Shown: positions 12,201-26,596 of the stretch, piece after piece
Layout of the letters: each line of letters begins with the position of its first letter
How positions within the stretch are numbered: the first letter of the stretch is position 1
Assembly: GCA_964016885.1 (NCBI GenBank)
Contig: OZ024742.1
Location: forward strand, 43,710,001 to 43,774,000
Source: Eledone cirrhosa
Lineage: Eukaryota
Length of the DNA stretch: 64,000 nucleotides
Direction of reading: 5' to 3'
The notes under the pieces: generated by a model
The model's input: the letters and a program-made list of their open reading frames with translations, nothing else
The model's database searches: none
Told to the model about the DNA's origin: nothing
Program-made: the position numbers and the translations under genes

Positions 12201-15200
12201 GAGATGTGTGTATGTGTTCAGTAGTGTAATGTTTAGGTTAGAGAGATGTGTGTATGTGTTCAGTAGTGTAATGTTTAGGGTAGAGAGATGTGTGTATGTG
12301 TTCAGTGGTGTAATGTTTAGGTTAGAGAGATGTGTGTGTGTTCAGTGGTGTAATGTTTAGGGTAGAGAGATGTGTGTATATGTTCAGTAGTGTAATGTTT
12401 AGGTTAGAGAGATGTGTGTATGTGTTCAGTAGTGTAATGTTAGGTTAGAGAGATGTGTGTATGTGTTCAGTAGTGTAATGTTAGGTTAGAGAGATGTGTG
12501 TATGTGTTCAGTAGTGTAATGTTTAGTGTAGAGAGATGTGTGTTCAGTAGTGTAATGTTTAGGGTAGAGAGATGTGTGTATGTGTTCAGTGGTGTAATGT
12601 TTAGGTTAGAGAGATGTGTGTATGTGTTCAGTAGTGTAATGTTTAGGTTAGAGAGATGTGTGTATGTGTTCAGTAGTGTAATGTTTAGGTTAGAGAGATG
12701 TGTGTATGTGTTCAGTAGTGTAATGTTTAGGGTAGAGAGATGTGTGTATGTGTTCAGTAGTGTAATGTTTAGGTTAGAGAGATGTGTGTGTGTTCAGTAG
12801 TGTAATGTTTAGGTTGGAGAGATGTGTGTATGTGTTCAGTAGTGTAATGTTTAGGGTAGAGAGATGTGTGTATGTGTTCTATAGTGTAATATTTAGGCTA
12901 GAGAGATGTGTGTATGTGTTCTGTAGTGTAATGTTTAGGTTAGAGAGGTGTGTATATGTGTTCAGTAGTGTAATGTTTAGGTTAGAGAGGTGTGTGTATG
13001 TGTTCAGTAGTGTAATGTTTAGGTTAGAGAGGTGTGTATATGTGTTCAGTAGTGTAATGTTTAGGTTAGAGAGGTGTGTGTATGTGCTCAGTAGTGTAAT
13101 GTTTAGGTTAGAGAGATGTGTGTATGTGTTCAGTGGTGTAATGTTTAGGTTAGAGAGATGTGTGTATGTGTTCAGTAGTGTAATGTTTAGGTTAGAGAGG
13201 TGTGTGTGTGTTCAGTGGTGTAATGTTTAGGTTACAGAGATGTGTGTGTGTTCAGTAGTGTAATGTTTAGGTTAGAGAGGTGTGTGTGTATGTGTTCAGT
13301 AGTGTAATGTTTAGTGTAGAGAGATGTGTGTATGTGTTCAGTAGTGTAATGTTTAGGTTAGAGATGTGTGTGTATGTGCTCAGTAGTGTAATGTTTAGGT
13401 TAGAGAGATGTTTGTATGTGTTCAGTAGTGTAATGTTTAGGTTAGAGAGATGTGTGTATGTGTTCAGTAGTGTAATGTTTAGGTTAGAGTGATTTGTGTA
13501 TGTGTTCAGTAGTGAAATATTTAGGTTAGAGAGATGTGTGTATGTGTTCAGTAGTGTAATGTTTAGGTTAGAGATGTGTGTGTATGTGCTCAGTAGTGTA
13601 ATGTTTAGGTTGGAGAGATGTGTGTATGTGTTCAGTAGTGTAATGTTTAGGGTAGAGAGATGTGTGTATGTGTTCTATAGTGTAATATTTAGGCTAGAGA
13701 GATGTGTGTATGTGTTCTGTAGTGTAATGTTTAGGTTAGAGAGGTGTGTATATGTGTTCAGTAGTGTAATGTTTAGGTTAGAGAGGTGTGTATATGTGTT
13801 CAGTAGTGTAATGTTTAGGTTAGAGAGGTGTGTGTATGTGTTCAGTAGTGTAATGTTTAGGTTAGAGAGATGTGTGTATGTGTTCAGTGGTGTAATGTTT
13901 AGGTTAGAGAGATGTGTGTATGTGTTCAGTAGTGTAATGTTTAGGTTAGAGAGGTGTGTGTGTGTTCAGTGGTGTAATGTTTAGGTTAGAGAGATGTGTG
14001 TGTGTTCAGTAGTGTAATGTTTAGGTTAGAGAGGTGTGTGTGTATGTGTTCAGTAGTGTAATGTTTAGGGTAGAGATATGTGTGTATGTGTTCAGTGGTG
14101 TAATGTTTAGGTTAGAGAGGTGTGTGTATGTGTTCAGTAGTGTAATATTTAGGTTAGAGTGATGTGTGTATGTGTTCAGTAGTGAAATATTTAGGTTAGA
14201 GAGATGTGTGTATATGTTCAGTAGTGTAATGTTTAGGGTAGAGAGATGTGTGTATGTGTTCAGTAGTGTAATGTTTAGGGTAGAGAGATGTGTGTATGTG
14301 TTCAGTGGTGTAATGTTTAGGTTAGAGAGATGTGTGTGTGTTCAGTAGTGTAATGTTTAGGGTAGAGAGATGTGTGTGTGTTCAGTGGTGTAATGTTTAG
14401 GTTAGAGAGATGTGTGTATGTGTTCAGTAGTGTAATGTTTAGGTTAGAGAGATGTGTGTATGTGTTCAGTAGTGTAATGTTTAGGGTAGAGAGATGTGTG
14501 TATGTGTTCAGTGGTGTAATGTTTAGGTTAGAGAGATGTGTGTGTGTTCAGTGGTGTAATGTTTAGGGTAGAGAGATGTGTGTATGTGTTCAGTAGTGTA
14601 ATGTTAGGTTAGAGAGATGTGTGTATGTGTTCAGTAGTGTAATGTTTAGTGTAGAGAGATGTGTGTTCAGTAGTGTAATGTTTAGGGTAGAGAGATGTGT
14701 GTATGTGTTCAGTGGTGTAATGTTTAGGTTAGAGAGATGTGTGTATGTGTTCAGTAGTGTAATGTTTAGGTTAGAGAGATGTGTGTATGTGTTCAGTAGT
14801 GTAATGTTTAGGTTAGAGAGATGTGTGTATGTGTTCAGTAGTGTAATGTTTAGGGTAGAGAGATGTGTGTATGTGTTCAGTAGTGTAATGTTTAGGTTAG
14901 AGAGATGTGTGTGTGTTCAGTAGTGTAATGTTTAGGTTGGAGAGATGTGTGTATGTGTTCAGTAGTGTAATGTTTAGGGTAGAGAGATGTGTGTATGTGT
15001 TCTATAGTGTAATATTTAGGCTAGAGAGATGTGTGTATGTGTTCTGTAGTGTAATGTTTAGGTTAGAGAGGTGTGTATATGTGTTCAGTAGTGTAATGTT
15101 TAGGTTAGAGAGGTGTGTGTATGTGTTCAGTAGTGTAATGTTTAGGTTAGAGAGGTGTGTATATGTGTTCAGTAGTGTAATGTTTAGGTTAGAGAGGTGT

Positions 15201-18200
15201 GTGTATGTGCTCAGTAGTGTAATGTTTAGGTTAGAGAGATGTGTGTATGTGTTCAGTGGTGTAATGTTTAGGTTAGAGAGATGTGTGTATGTGTTCAGTA
15301 GTGTAATGTTTAGGTTAGAGAGGTGTGTGTGTGTTCAGTGGTGTAATGTTTAGGTTACAGAGATGTGTGTGTGTTCAGTAGTGTAATGTTTAGGTTAGAG
15401 AGGTGTGTGTGTATGTGTTCAGTAGTGTAATGTTTAGTGTAGAGTGATTTGTGTATGTGTTCAGTAGTGAAATATTTAGGTTAGAGAGATGTGTGTATGT
15501 GTTCAGTAGTGTAATGTTTAGGTTAGAGATGTGTGTGTATGTGCTCAGTAGTGTAATGTTTAGGTTGGAGAGATGTGTGTATGTGTTCAGTAGTGTAATG
15601 TTTAGGGTAGAGAGATGTGTGTATGTGTTCTATAGTGTAATATTTAGGCTAGAGAGATGTGTGTATGTGTTCTGTAGTGTAATGTTTAGGTTAGAGAGGT
15701 GTGTATATGTGTTCAGTAGTGTAATGTTTAGGTTAGAGAGGTGTGTATATGTGTTCAGTAGTGTAATGTTTAGGTTAGAGAGGTGTGTGTATGTGTTCAG
15801 TAGTGTAATGTTTAGGTTAGAGAGATGTGTGTATGTGTTCAGTGGTGTAATGTTTAGGTTAGAGAGATGTGTGTATGTGTTCAGTAGTGTAATGTTTAGG
15901 TTAGAGAGGTGTGTGTGTGTTCAGTGGTGTAATGTTTAGGTTAGAGAGATGTGTGTGTGTTCAGTAGTGTAATGTTTAGGTTAGAGAGGTGTGTGTGTAT
16001 GTGTTCAGTAGTGTAATGTTTAGGGTAGAGATATGTGTGTATGTGTTCAGTGGTGTAATGTTTAGGTTAGAGAGGTGTGTGTATGTGTTCAGTAGTGTAA
16101 TATTTAGGTTAGAGTGATGTGTGTATGTGTTCAGTAGTGAAATATTTAGGTTAGAGAGATGTGTGTATATGTTCAGTAGTGTAATGTTTAGGGTAGAGAG
16201 ATGTGTGTATGTGTTCAGTAGTGTAATGTTTAGGGTAGAGAGATGTGTGTATGTGTTCAGTGGTGTAATGTTTAGGTTAGAGAGATGTGTGTGTGTTCAG
16301 TAGTGTAATGTTTAGGGTAGAGAGATGTGTGTGTGTTCAGTGGTGTAATGTTTAGGTTAGAGAGATGTGTGTATGTGTTCAGTAGTGTAATGTTTAGGTT
16401 AGAGAGATGTGTGTATGTGTTCAGTAGTGTAATGTTTAGGGTAGAGAGATGTGTGTATGTGTTCAGTGGTGTAATGTTTAGGTTAGAGAGATGTGTGTGT
16501 GTTCAGTGGTGTAATGTTTAGGGTAGAGAGATGTGTGTATGTGTTCAGTAGTGTAATGTTAGGTTAGAGAGATGTGTGTATGTGTTCAGTAGTGTAATGT
16601 TTAGTGTAGAGAGATGTGTGTTCAGTAGTGTAATGTTTAGGGTAGAGAGATGTGTGTATGTGTTCAGTGGTGTAATGTTTAGGTTAGAGAGATGTGTGTA
16701 TGTGTTCAGTAGTGTAATGTTTAGGTTAGAGAGATGTGTGTATGTGTTCAGTAGTGTAATGTTTAGGTTAGAGAGATGTGTGTATGTGTTCAGTAGTGTA
16801 ATGTTTAGGGTAGAGAGATGTGTGTATGTGTTCAGTAGTGTAATGTTTAGGTTAGAGAGATGTGTGTGTGTTCAGTAGTGTAATGTTTAGGTTGGAGAGA
16901 TGTGTGTATGTGTTCAGTAGTGTAATGTTTAGGGTAGAGAGATGTGTGTATGTGTTCTATAGTGTAATATTTAGGCTAGAGAGATGTGTGTATGTGTTCT
17001 GTAGTGTAATGTTTAGGTTAGAGAGGTGTGTATATGTGTTCAGTAGTGTAATGTTTAGGTTAGAGAGGTGTGTGTATGTGTTCAGTAGTGTAATGTTTAG
17101 GTTAGAGAGGTGTGTATATGTGTTCAGTAGTGTAATGTTTAGGTTAGAGAGGTGTGTGTATGTGCTCAGTAGTGTAATGTTTAGGTTAGAGAGATGTGTG
17201 TATGTGTTCAGTGGTGTAATGTTTAGGTTAGAGAGATGTGTGTATGTGTTCAGTAGTGTAATGTTTAGGTTAGAGAGGTGTGTGTGTGTTCAGTGGTGTA
17301 ATGTTTAGGTTACAGAGATGTGTGTGTGTTCAGTAGTGTAATGTTTAGGTTAGAGAGGTGTGTGTGTATGTGTTCAGTAGTGTAATGTTTAGTGTAGAGA
17401 GATGTGTGTATGTGTTCAGTAGTGTAATGTTTAGGTTAGAGATGTGTGTGTATGTGCTCAGTAGTGTAATGTTTAGGTTAGAGAGATGTTTGTATGTGTT
17501 CAGTAGTGTAATGTTTAGGTTAGAGAGATGTGTGTATGTGTTCAGTAGTGTAATGTTTAGGTTAGAGTGATTTGTGTATGTGTTCAGTAGTGAAATATTT
17601 AGGTTAGAGAGATGTGTGTATGTGTTCAGTAGTGTAATGTTTAGGTTAGAGAGGTGTGTGTATATGTTCAGTAGTGTAATGTTTAGGGTAGAGAGATGTG
17701 TGTATGTGTTCAGTAGTGTAATGTTTAGGTTAGAGAGATGTGTGTATGTGTTCAGTAGTGTAATGTTTAGGTTAGAGAGATGTGTGTATGTGTTCAGTAG
17801 TGTAATGTTTAGGTTAGAGAGATGTGTGTATGTGTTCAGTAGTGTAATGTTTAGGTTAGAGAGGTGTGTGTATATGTTCAGTAGTGTAATGTTTAGGGTA
17901 GAGAGATGTGTGTGTTCAGTGGTGTAATGTTTAGGGTAGAGAGATGTGTGTATATGTTCAGTACTGTAATGTTTAGGTTAGAGAGGTGTGTGTATGTGTT
18001 CAGTGGTGTAATGTTTAGGTTAGAGAGATGTGTGTATGTGTTCAGTAGTGTAATGTTTAGGGTAGAGAGATGTGTGTATATGTTCTGTAGTGTAATGTTT
18101 AGGGTAGAGAGATGTGTGTATGTGTTCAGTGGTGTAATGTTTAGGTTAGAGATATGTGTGTGTGTTCAGTGGTGTAATGTTTAGGTTAGAGAGATGTGTG

Positions 18201-19955
18201 TATGTGTTCAGTAGTGTAATGTTTAGGTTAGAGAGATGTGTGTATGTGTTCAGTAGTGTAATGTTTAGGGTAGAGAGATGTGTGTATGTGTTCAGTAGTG
18301 TAATGTTTAGGTTAGAGAGATGTGTGTATGTGTTCAGTAGTGTAATGTTTAGGTTAGAGAGATGTGTGTATGTGTTCAGTAGTGTAATGTTTAGGGTAGA
18401 GAGATGTGTGTATGTGTTCAGTAGTGTAATGTTTAGGTTAGAGAGATGTGTGTATGTGTTCAGTAGTGTAATGTTTAGGGTAGAGAGATGTGTGTATGTG
18501 TTCAGTTGTGTAATGTTTAGGGTAGAGAGATGTGTGTATGTGTTCAGTAGTGTAATATTTAGGTTAGAGTGATGTGTGTATGTGTTCAGTAGTGTAATGT
18601 TTAGGGTAGAGAGATGTGTGTATGTGTTCAGTTGTGTAATGTTTAGGGTAGAGAGATGTGTGTATGTGTTCAGTAGTGTAATATTTAGGTTAGAGTGATG
18701 TGTGTATGTGTTCAGTAGTGTAATGTTTAGGGTAGAGAGATGTGTGTATGTGTTCAGTTGTGTAATGTTTAGGGTAGAGAGATGTGTGTATGTGTTCAGT
18801 AGTGTAATGTTTAGGGTAGAGAGATGTGTGTCTGTGTTCAGTAGTATAATGTTTAGGTTAGAGAGATGTGTGTATATGTTCTGTAGTGTAATGTTTAGGT
18901 TAGAGAGATGTGTGTATGTGTTCAGTTGTGTAATGTTTAGGGTAGAGAGATGTGTGTATGTGTTCAGTAGTGTAATGTTTAGGTTAGAGAGGTGTGTGTA
19001 TGTGTTCTGTAGTGTAATGTTTAGGTTAGAGAGATGTGTGTCTGTGTTCAGTAGTATAATGTTTAAGGTAGAGAGATGTGTGTATGTGTTTAATAGTGAA
19101 ATGTTTAGGTTAGAGAGATGTATGTATATGTTCAGTTGTGTCATGTTTAGGTTAGAGAGGTGTGTGTATGTGTTCAGTAATGTAATGTTTAGGGTAGAGC
19201 ATTGGTTCCCAACCAAGGGTCCATGGCCCACCAGTGGGCCATAGCTTGTTATTGGGCGAGCCACGGGAATTAACTAAAAATCACAAAATTTCATACATAA
19301 AAAAGACGAGTAGTTTCCTAACATAATTTTTTCTTTTTCTTGCTTCAAATTTTTATATTCAACTTTTTACCAACTTTCTACCTTTTCTAAATATGATTTT
19401 ACTTCACTTGATAATTATTTAAATCTGGATATAACAATTTATGTTTTAGTAAATAAACTTAGTAAAGAAACTTATTTTTATAACAGGATATATATTATTT
19501 ATTTTAGTAAATTTTAGTAAAGTTTATAATAAATTTAAAATGATTTGATTGAAATAAAAAGACATGCCGAAATTATTTCTACATAAAAAAATTATATTAA
19601 AAATTTGAATTTTTTTTTTTGGGGGGGGATACTATTTTGCTATATCATTAAGGTGGAATTTATTATAAAAGGTTGGGAACCGCTGGGGTAGAGAGATGTG
19701 TGTATATGTTCAGTAGTGTAATGTTTAGGGTAGAGAGATGTGTGTATATGTTCAGTAGTGTAATGTTTAGGGTAGAGAGATGTGTGTATGTGTTCAGTAG
19801 TGTAATGTTTAGTTTAGAGAGATGTGTTCAGTAGTGTAATGTTTAGTTTAGAGAGATGTGTTCAGTAGTGTAATGTTGAGGGTAGTGAGATGTGTAGAGA
19901 GATCTGTGTATATGTTCAGTAGTGTAATGTTTAGGGTAGAGAGATGTGTGTATGT
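6203..19955. repeat. 42-bp minisatellite array (~13.7 kb) with higher-order repeats
   Basis: Consensus gtgtgtatgtgttcagtagtgtaatgtttagg(t/g)tagagagat, on the order of 300 copies. Variant blocks recur at offsets of 1006, 1955 and 2123 bp. Confidence 0.97.
19200..19685. mobile_element. hAT-superfamily MITE inserted in the 42-bp satellite
   Basis: TIRs cattggttcccaacc / ggttgggaaccgctg; 8-bp TSD GGGTAGAG at 19192-19199 and 19686-19693. Confidence 0.9.
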
Positions 19956-20080
19956 GTAATTACATATACATGCATACACACAAATATATATATTAATACA
20001 TATACATTTATACACACATATATATTAATACTTAAACATTTACACTCACACACATATATATACATATATATCGATACATA

Positions 20081-20124
<44 letters not shown>

Positions 20125-20297
20125 CACATATATATGCACTCACGCACATACATATACATGTATACACACACACATATATTAATACATATACATTTATACA
20201 CACACACATTAATACATAAACATTTACACACTCATATATATATATACATATATATCGATACATATGTACATATATATATATATATACACACGTGCAA

Positions 20298-20358
<61 letters not shown>

Positions 20359-20803
20359 CACTCACACACACACATATAAATATATATACATACACACATG
20401 CATATATGCACGTCGCACACTCACACATACATATATTATACATTGTGCTGTGTAAAGTATAATGTAGTGTGATTGTGTAAGTGAAATGCAATCGTATTAC
20501 ACATATATATTATGTATGTATGTATATAGTTCGGTGGAGCGAACTAAACGTGAGGAAAAGTACACAGGTGTGGAAGTGTATAACTTGGAATGGTTCCAAT
20601 ATTTGTTATTCTTCAGTAGGATGTTTTATTAATTTATGCTTTGAGGCATATATATACCTATATATATATATATTTATATATATATAAATAGATAGATATA
20701 GATATGTGTGTATCTGTATGTGTATATATATCTATATATGTGTGTGTATGCGCACTTTTATATATATATATATATATATACACATATATATGCATACACA
20801 CAT

Positions 20804-20848
<45 letters not shown>

Positions 20849-21189
20849 CACACGCATGCAAAAATATATGTGTGTGTGTCTGTGTGTGTATGTGAGTTCC
20901 GTAGCAGTTTAACCCTTCATTTTTGACATATCAGAATCATGGGGATATTCCTCGTGTTTTATATGGTTATACTTCCTTTTTAATTCCTGTTTGTCATTTA
21001 GCGTTACTTAGACATATCAATTTACTCATACGTATATATTTATGTATATATATTTTACATTCACATATACATTCATTTTTTAATGAAAGCATGTATAATG
21101 TGTGTACATAGAGACACACATTTACACATGTATATATATATATATATATAAATGAAAAGTATAGAAATTATTGTAGCGAGAAGATATAT

Positions 21190-21228
<39 letters not shown>

Positions 21229-21406
21229 TATACACACATATATATATATACACACATATATATATATACATATATATACTCACACATATATGTGTGTGTG
21301 TGTGTATGTATATATGTGTGTATGAGTGTATATATAGATATATGTATGTGTTTGTATATATATATATATGTGTGTGTGTGTGTATATATACATATGTGTA
21401 TATATA

Positions 21407-21441
<35 letters not shown>

Positions 21442-21460
21442 GCTTGCTATACACACACCT
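19956..21460. repeat. Compound (TA)n/(CA)n/(TG)n microsatellite region
   Basis: Direct reading; explains the many YI/HT/CV ORFs. Confidence 0.9.
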
Positions 21461-22537
21461 TCATCCGTCTGTGTGGGGTTCTCATGATCAGATGGGTTTC
21501 AGGAAGAAAGTCACTCACGTCTCGACGGAGGAGACGAATGAACGCCACTCACTCCATCTTTTTCGATGACCACCACCGCATATATCATCCGACATCTTCA
21601 CATTATCCGACACATTCACATTAATCCAACCAATCACTTAACCTCGACATCTATTTTACAATACCTTTGTACTTACATCACTTTCGTTTTTCTCTTCTCG
21701 CTTATTTCTTTTCTCTTTCTCTTTTAGTCAATCTTCACTACAATACATGTTTGTATAATATAATATATATATGTGTATGTGTATATTCACCTCTGTATGT
21801 ATAAGCTTGTATGTATTTATGTGTGTGTTTATATTTCTCAAGCCCTAGCGGCTTCTATAACGAACTGCGAGCAATGTAAGAGAGGCGACAGTGCCCTGAA
21901 CTCGATCCCCAATGGTAAGCTTCAAGCAAGGTCAGAAAGACAGCACAAGGCAGACGAACCGGTGTTCCATTAAAATACGCTACACATTCTTTAAATTCCA
22001 TACAAATCTCCCTGATAACATATAAAATGATTATTTTTTTTAGAGGGCTTTTCTTCTCTATTTTTTAAACATTTTTTTTTAAAAATACATTATATAAATA
22101 CATACTTAGTTATTTTCTTTTAAAGGAAACGATTAACGGGAAGTTGTGGCGTTTATGCTTTTGCCGACCGGCGTACGTGAGATCTTGAATCTAGTTTGTT
22201 CCGTCATTTTTTGACAAGGCACTACGCGATAAATATGTCCAGTTTCATTTGGGAAGCTGTGACAATTTATATCTTTCCCGGCGATATTTCCTGTACAAGT
22301 GAAGTGTTTGGGTGGATTCAAAATATCAACCGAGCGGATTTCTCTCGATTTGATTCAGTTATCGATTTTTTTTCCTATATAGAATAAATCGTTAGTAGCT
22401 TTATTTAGATAAATACATAAAACAGTCGTGCGATCCACTAGTTTAATACTTCACTTTCACTTTTGTCAATCTGCAGCTGGTATCACACACGAGCGCGTGT
22501 GTGTGTGAGAGAGAGAGCGTATGTATGTGTGTGTATA

Positions 22538-22613
<76 letters not shown>

Positions 22614-22626
22614 TACATATATATAT

Positions 22627-23022
<396 letters not shown>

Positions 23023-23110
23023 CACATACATACATATATCTGTGTGTGCGTGTATGTGTATGTATGCATTTATATGTATGAGTGTATGTTTGTTTTAATA
23101 ACACCATTCC

Positions 23111-23151
23111 TATTCTGAAGATGGTACCGAGAATGTCTCAAAACGTTAATA
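23111..23151 (+). ncRNA. Degenerate hammerhead-like motif (GAAA changed to AAAA)
   Basis: tatt-CTGAAGA-tggtacc-gaga/atg/tctc-AAAA-c-GTT-aata. Confidence 0.3.
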
Positions 23152-23258
23152 AACTTTATATATAATTGAATGGTATTGTTCTCAATCAAATATATGAAAA
23201 AAAACAAACTAATAAGGAAATATGGGAATATGGAAAAGATAAAATTTGAACATAGTCG

Positions 23259-23322
<64 letters not shown>

Positions 23323-23327
23323 AATAA

Positions 23328-23389
<62 letters not shown>

Positions 23390-23394
23390 AATAA

Positions 23395-23464
<70 letters not shown>

Positions 23465-23527
23465 TTATTCCGGGTTGAGGTAACCACAGTAAGTAAGGTA
23501 CTCGATACATAGCAGAGTATAAAAATG

Positions 23528-23615
23528 TTAATATAGTAGAGCTTCTGCAGGACTAGAACTGTTTCATTCGTGAGAAATCATCAGTTCTAGTCCTGTAGAA
23601 GCTCTTCTATATTAA
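23528..23615 (-). repeat. 34-bp fold-back hairpin enclosing a hammerhead core
   Basis: Arms 23528-23561 and 23582-23615 (2 mismatches). The minus strand centre reads CTGATGA-tttc-tcac-gaat-GAAAC. Confidence 0.75.
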
Positions 23616-23734
23616 AACTATATATATATATATATATATATATAGTCATAATAAATACAAAGACCAAAATCCGACGATCCCGGATAGAGTGAAAGTAGAA
23701 ATTCTTTAATTAAACTTTAATCTGTACTAATAAT

Positions 23735-23910
23735 TGTTTCTACTTTTGGCACAAGGCCATCAAATTATCCAGTACATTACTGGTACTTTATTTTATCGCC
23801 CCCGTAAGGATGAAAGGCAAAGTTAACCTTGACGGGATTTGAACTCAGACCGTAAAGGGACGTAACTATGCTAGAAAGCATGGCGTCCAAACCTCTACCG
23901 GTACTGCCAC
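23735..23910 (-). mobile_element. tRNA-derived SINE (family of 45038-45222)
   Basis: Sequence similarity to 45038-45222, including B-box gagttcaaatcc on the minus strand. Confidence 0.85.
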
Positions 23911-24529
23911 TAATAATGTGTGTGTGTGTGTGTGTGTGTGTGCGTGCGTGTGCGCGTGTGTATGTGTGCATGTGTGCGTGCGTGTGCGCGTGTGTATGTG
24001 TGTGTGTGCATGTGTATACTAGTATAATACCCATCAAGCTGACAGAGAGCATAGTAAAAATTATTTAATAGAAAAATTCGCATTGTACGTGACGATGGAA
24101 TCAATATTTTCCTTAATCTTTTCAGCCTGCCTCTTCCTCCTTCGTCTTTGTCGTCCCTCTTTTTCTGTTTTTCTTTCTTCTTTTTATTGTTATTCTCGTG
24201 CTTATTCTTCTTGTCACTTTGGCCATAGCCTTATTTCATTTTACAGTCACTTATATCGATATTACCCATCATATGTACCTTGGTTTACTTAGTGCTACAA
24301 CAATAACAACAAATCTGTGGGCGGTTTTGTTGATATGTACATAGATAGGTAAATAGACATTGTGATTACTTTTCTAGTTTGGCTGCTGTGCTGCCCTGTA
24401 ACACTCTACAAGTTTGTTGTTATTGTTCTCAATGCCTCTCACAGTTGTTTTTGTTATTGTTTTAAACAAAGACACTTAACAGTAAGAACGACTGTCCCAC
24501 TTTTGTACTTTTATTTTTCATCATCCTCT

Positions 24530-24955
24530 CATCACCATCATCATCATCATCGACGTTTTACGTCCATTCTTCCACGCAAGAATGGGTTAGACGGGTTGTC
24601 CTGTTGTGGGCAATGTCAGGTCAGGTGACCATGTTTTGCTCATACGGGCACATAACAACTTCCTGGACCAACCAAAAGCATGTGCATTCATCATCATCAT
24701 CATTTTAACATCTATTATCCATCCTTGCTCATCACATTCTGAGACTAGACAGATAAGATGACTGTCTTGCTCATACGTTCAATTTTCAATGGGTTCCTAC
24801 AGCTGGATGCCCTTCCTAACACCAACCACTTCATAATGTGTACTGGGTTTCTTTTCTTGTAGCACTTCCACTTTTGTGTGGCACCAGAATAACCATTTTA
24901 CAGTTTGGGCTAAGTACTTTTTCATGATACCAGCACTACCACTTTACAGTGTGAG
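24530..24955 (-). mobile_element. RTE/SINE 3'-tail fragments
   Basis: (cat)n tails followed by the reverse complement of the tail seen at 40040-40200 (ctacagctggatgcccttcctaac). Confidence 0.7.
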
Positions 24956-25244
24956 CTGTAAAGTGGTAGTGAGCTAAACAACCCCTCACAATTATTTTTC
25001 TGGTTCTTCCTACATTTACATAATCTTCAAAAGTTCAAACTTTGGATACGATATATATATATATAATTGAGTATGATTTTCTCCCCCTCCTCCTTCCTCT
25101 TCCTTCTTCTTCTTGTGACGTCATTCGCAGTGGCATTTCAAAGGAATCAACTTACACTGGGGTGACAATAGAGCAGTTATAGTTCAAACTCATTGACGAT
25201 GGCTCCACAATAGCATTTGTGTGGTGCAATTGAATAGGACACAT

Positions 25245-25720
25245 TTCCTAGCAACAATCCACAAATCTTTCAGAAAAAAAAAATTTTCAAATATTTGTTC
25301 TTGTATATTTCTTGAATATTTAATGTCGAGTTCATTATTTTATTTCTGTTTAGCTGGGAAAAGTTGGCGTTATCGATCTGTACCTTTCTATCAATAATTC
25401 TATATGTTTCAATCAAATCAGTCTCTCCTTTTTCTTTCTTCTAGAGTTGTTAGAGATAAGTTTCTTTAATATTTCTTCATTTTGTAGTTGTTGTAATTCA
25501 GGTACCATTTTGTAAATCTTCTTTGTACTTTTTAAATTTTGCCAATATATTTTCTTAGATGCAGATACCCAGATAAACAAATTCCTTGTTTGCTTATTCA
25601 AATAGCCAGGCAATGCACATGCTGTTTGTTCATGCCTTTGCAAATTTTTGCAATATTTTGTGAATCAAATATGTTCTTTGTTAGCAAAATTTCATTAATC
25701 AAATACTGCAAAATTTCATG
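25245..25720 (-). mobile_element. Degenerate CR1-like LINE 3' fragment
   Basis: Minus translation KMVPELQQLQNEEILKKL...RRK..LI resembles the CR1 RT C-terminus. A related fragment lies at ~26340-26540. Confidence 0.6.
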
Positions 25721-26596
25721 AATTGAAAACATGAAAAAACAAGATGTCGTGCAATATACCCTGTTCCTTTAATCTGACATCTGTATGACCAACAATTATG
25801 CGCAAGCTTTTGAAACCTAACAATTTCTCTTCTTTCTGAATGAAAACAAAGAAATTAAAATTGAGAAAATTTTTTTTTTTTTTTTTGCATAATCTAGATT
25901 AATCATAATCTACACCTTCGAAAACACATCTTTTACAGAGTGTACTAGGTGTATTTTATTGTGACATTAACACAAACACTTTACAAAGTGCACCAAGTGC
26001 ATTTTATCATGGCATGAGCACTAACATTTTACAGAGTGTACTCTGCATTTTATTGTGGCACTGGATGTGTACTGGATGTACATTATCATGGTACCAACAC
26101 TCACCTATAAAATTGTATTTAAAAATCTACATGATTTATAAAATTCTGAGGAAACAAAGTTGGGTGTCGAGTATTAAACTATAACTCTCTACCATAGTGA
26201 GACTAAATATGTAGTTAATGGTGCTTCATTGCGTGTCTCACTAGCTTAGTCTTCAACTTTAATATTTTATGTTATAGAATTAACAATTCATCATAATTTA
26301 ATTTTTCTTTTCCACAATGGTTGAATAAATCACATTTTCTGGCAAAACATTCCAACAAAATATCATTCTTTCAGAAAAGAAAAATTTCCAAATATTTCGT
26401 CTTGCATATTTCTTGAATATTTTATGTCCATGTCTTCTCGTTTTATTTCTGTTTAGCTGGAAAAACTAGATCCTATTGATTTATTCTTTCTAATTAATAA
26501 TATTAAAAGTCTTAAAAACCACCCCTTCTCCTTTTTCTTCAGGAAATGGTTTTTTTTTAACCCTTTTATCAACCAAACCCCCTGAAACTATACATA

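Noticed and set aside
6300-19264. Long ORFs (up to 430 aa) of repeated VFSSVMFRLERCVY / TLLNTYTHLSNLNI
   Set aside because: Artifact of a 42-bp (multiple of 3) unit; open on both strands with frequent frameshifting indels.
6203-19955. True telomeric array
   Set aside because: TTAGGG occurs only singly within 42-bp units, never in tandem.
20575-20620. Minus-strand CTGAAGA plus hairpin
   Set aside because: No GAAA or cleavage triplet follows the stem.
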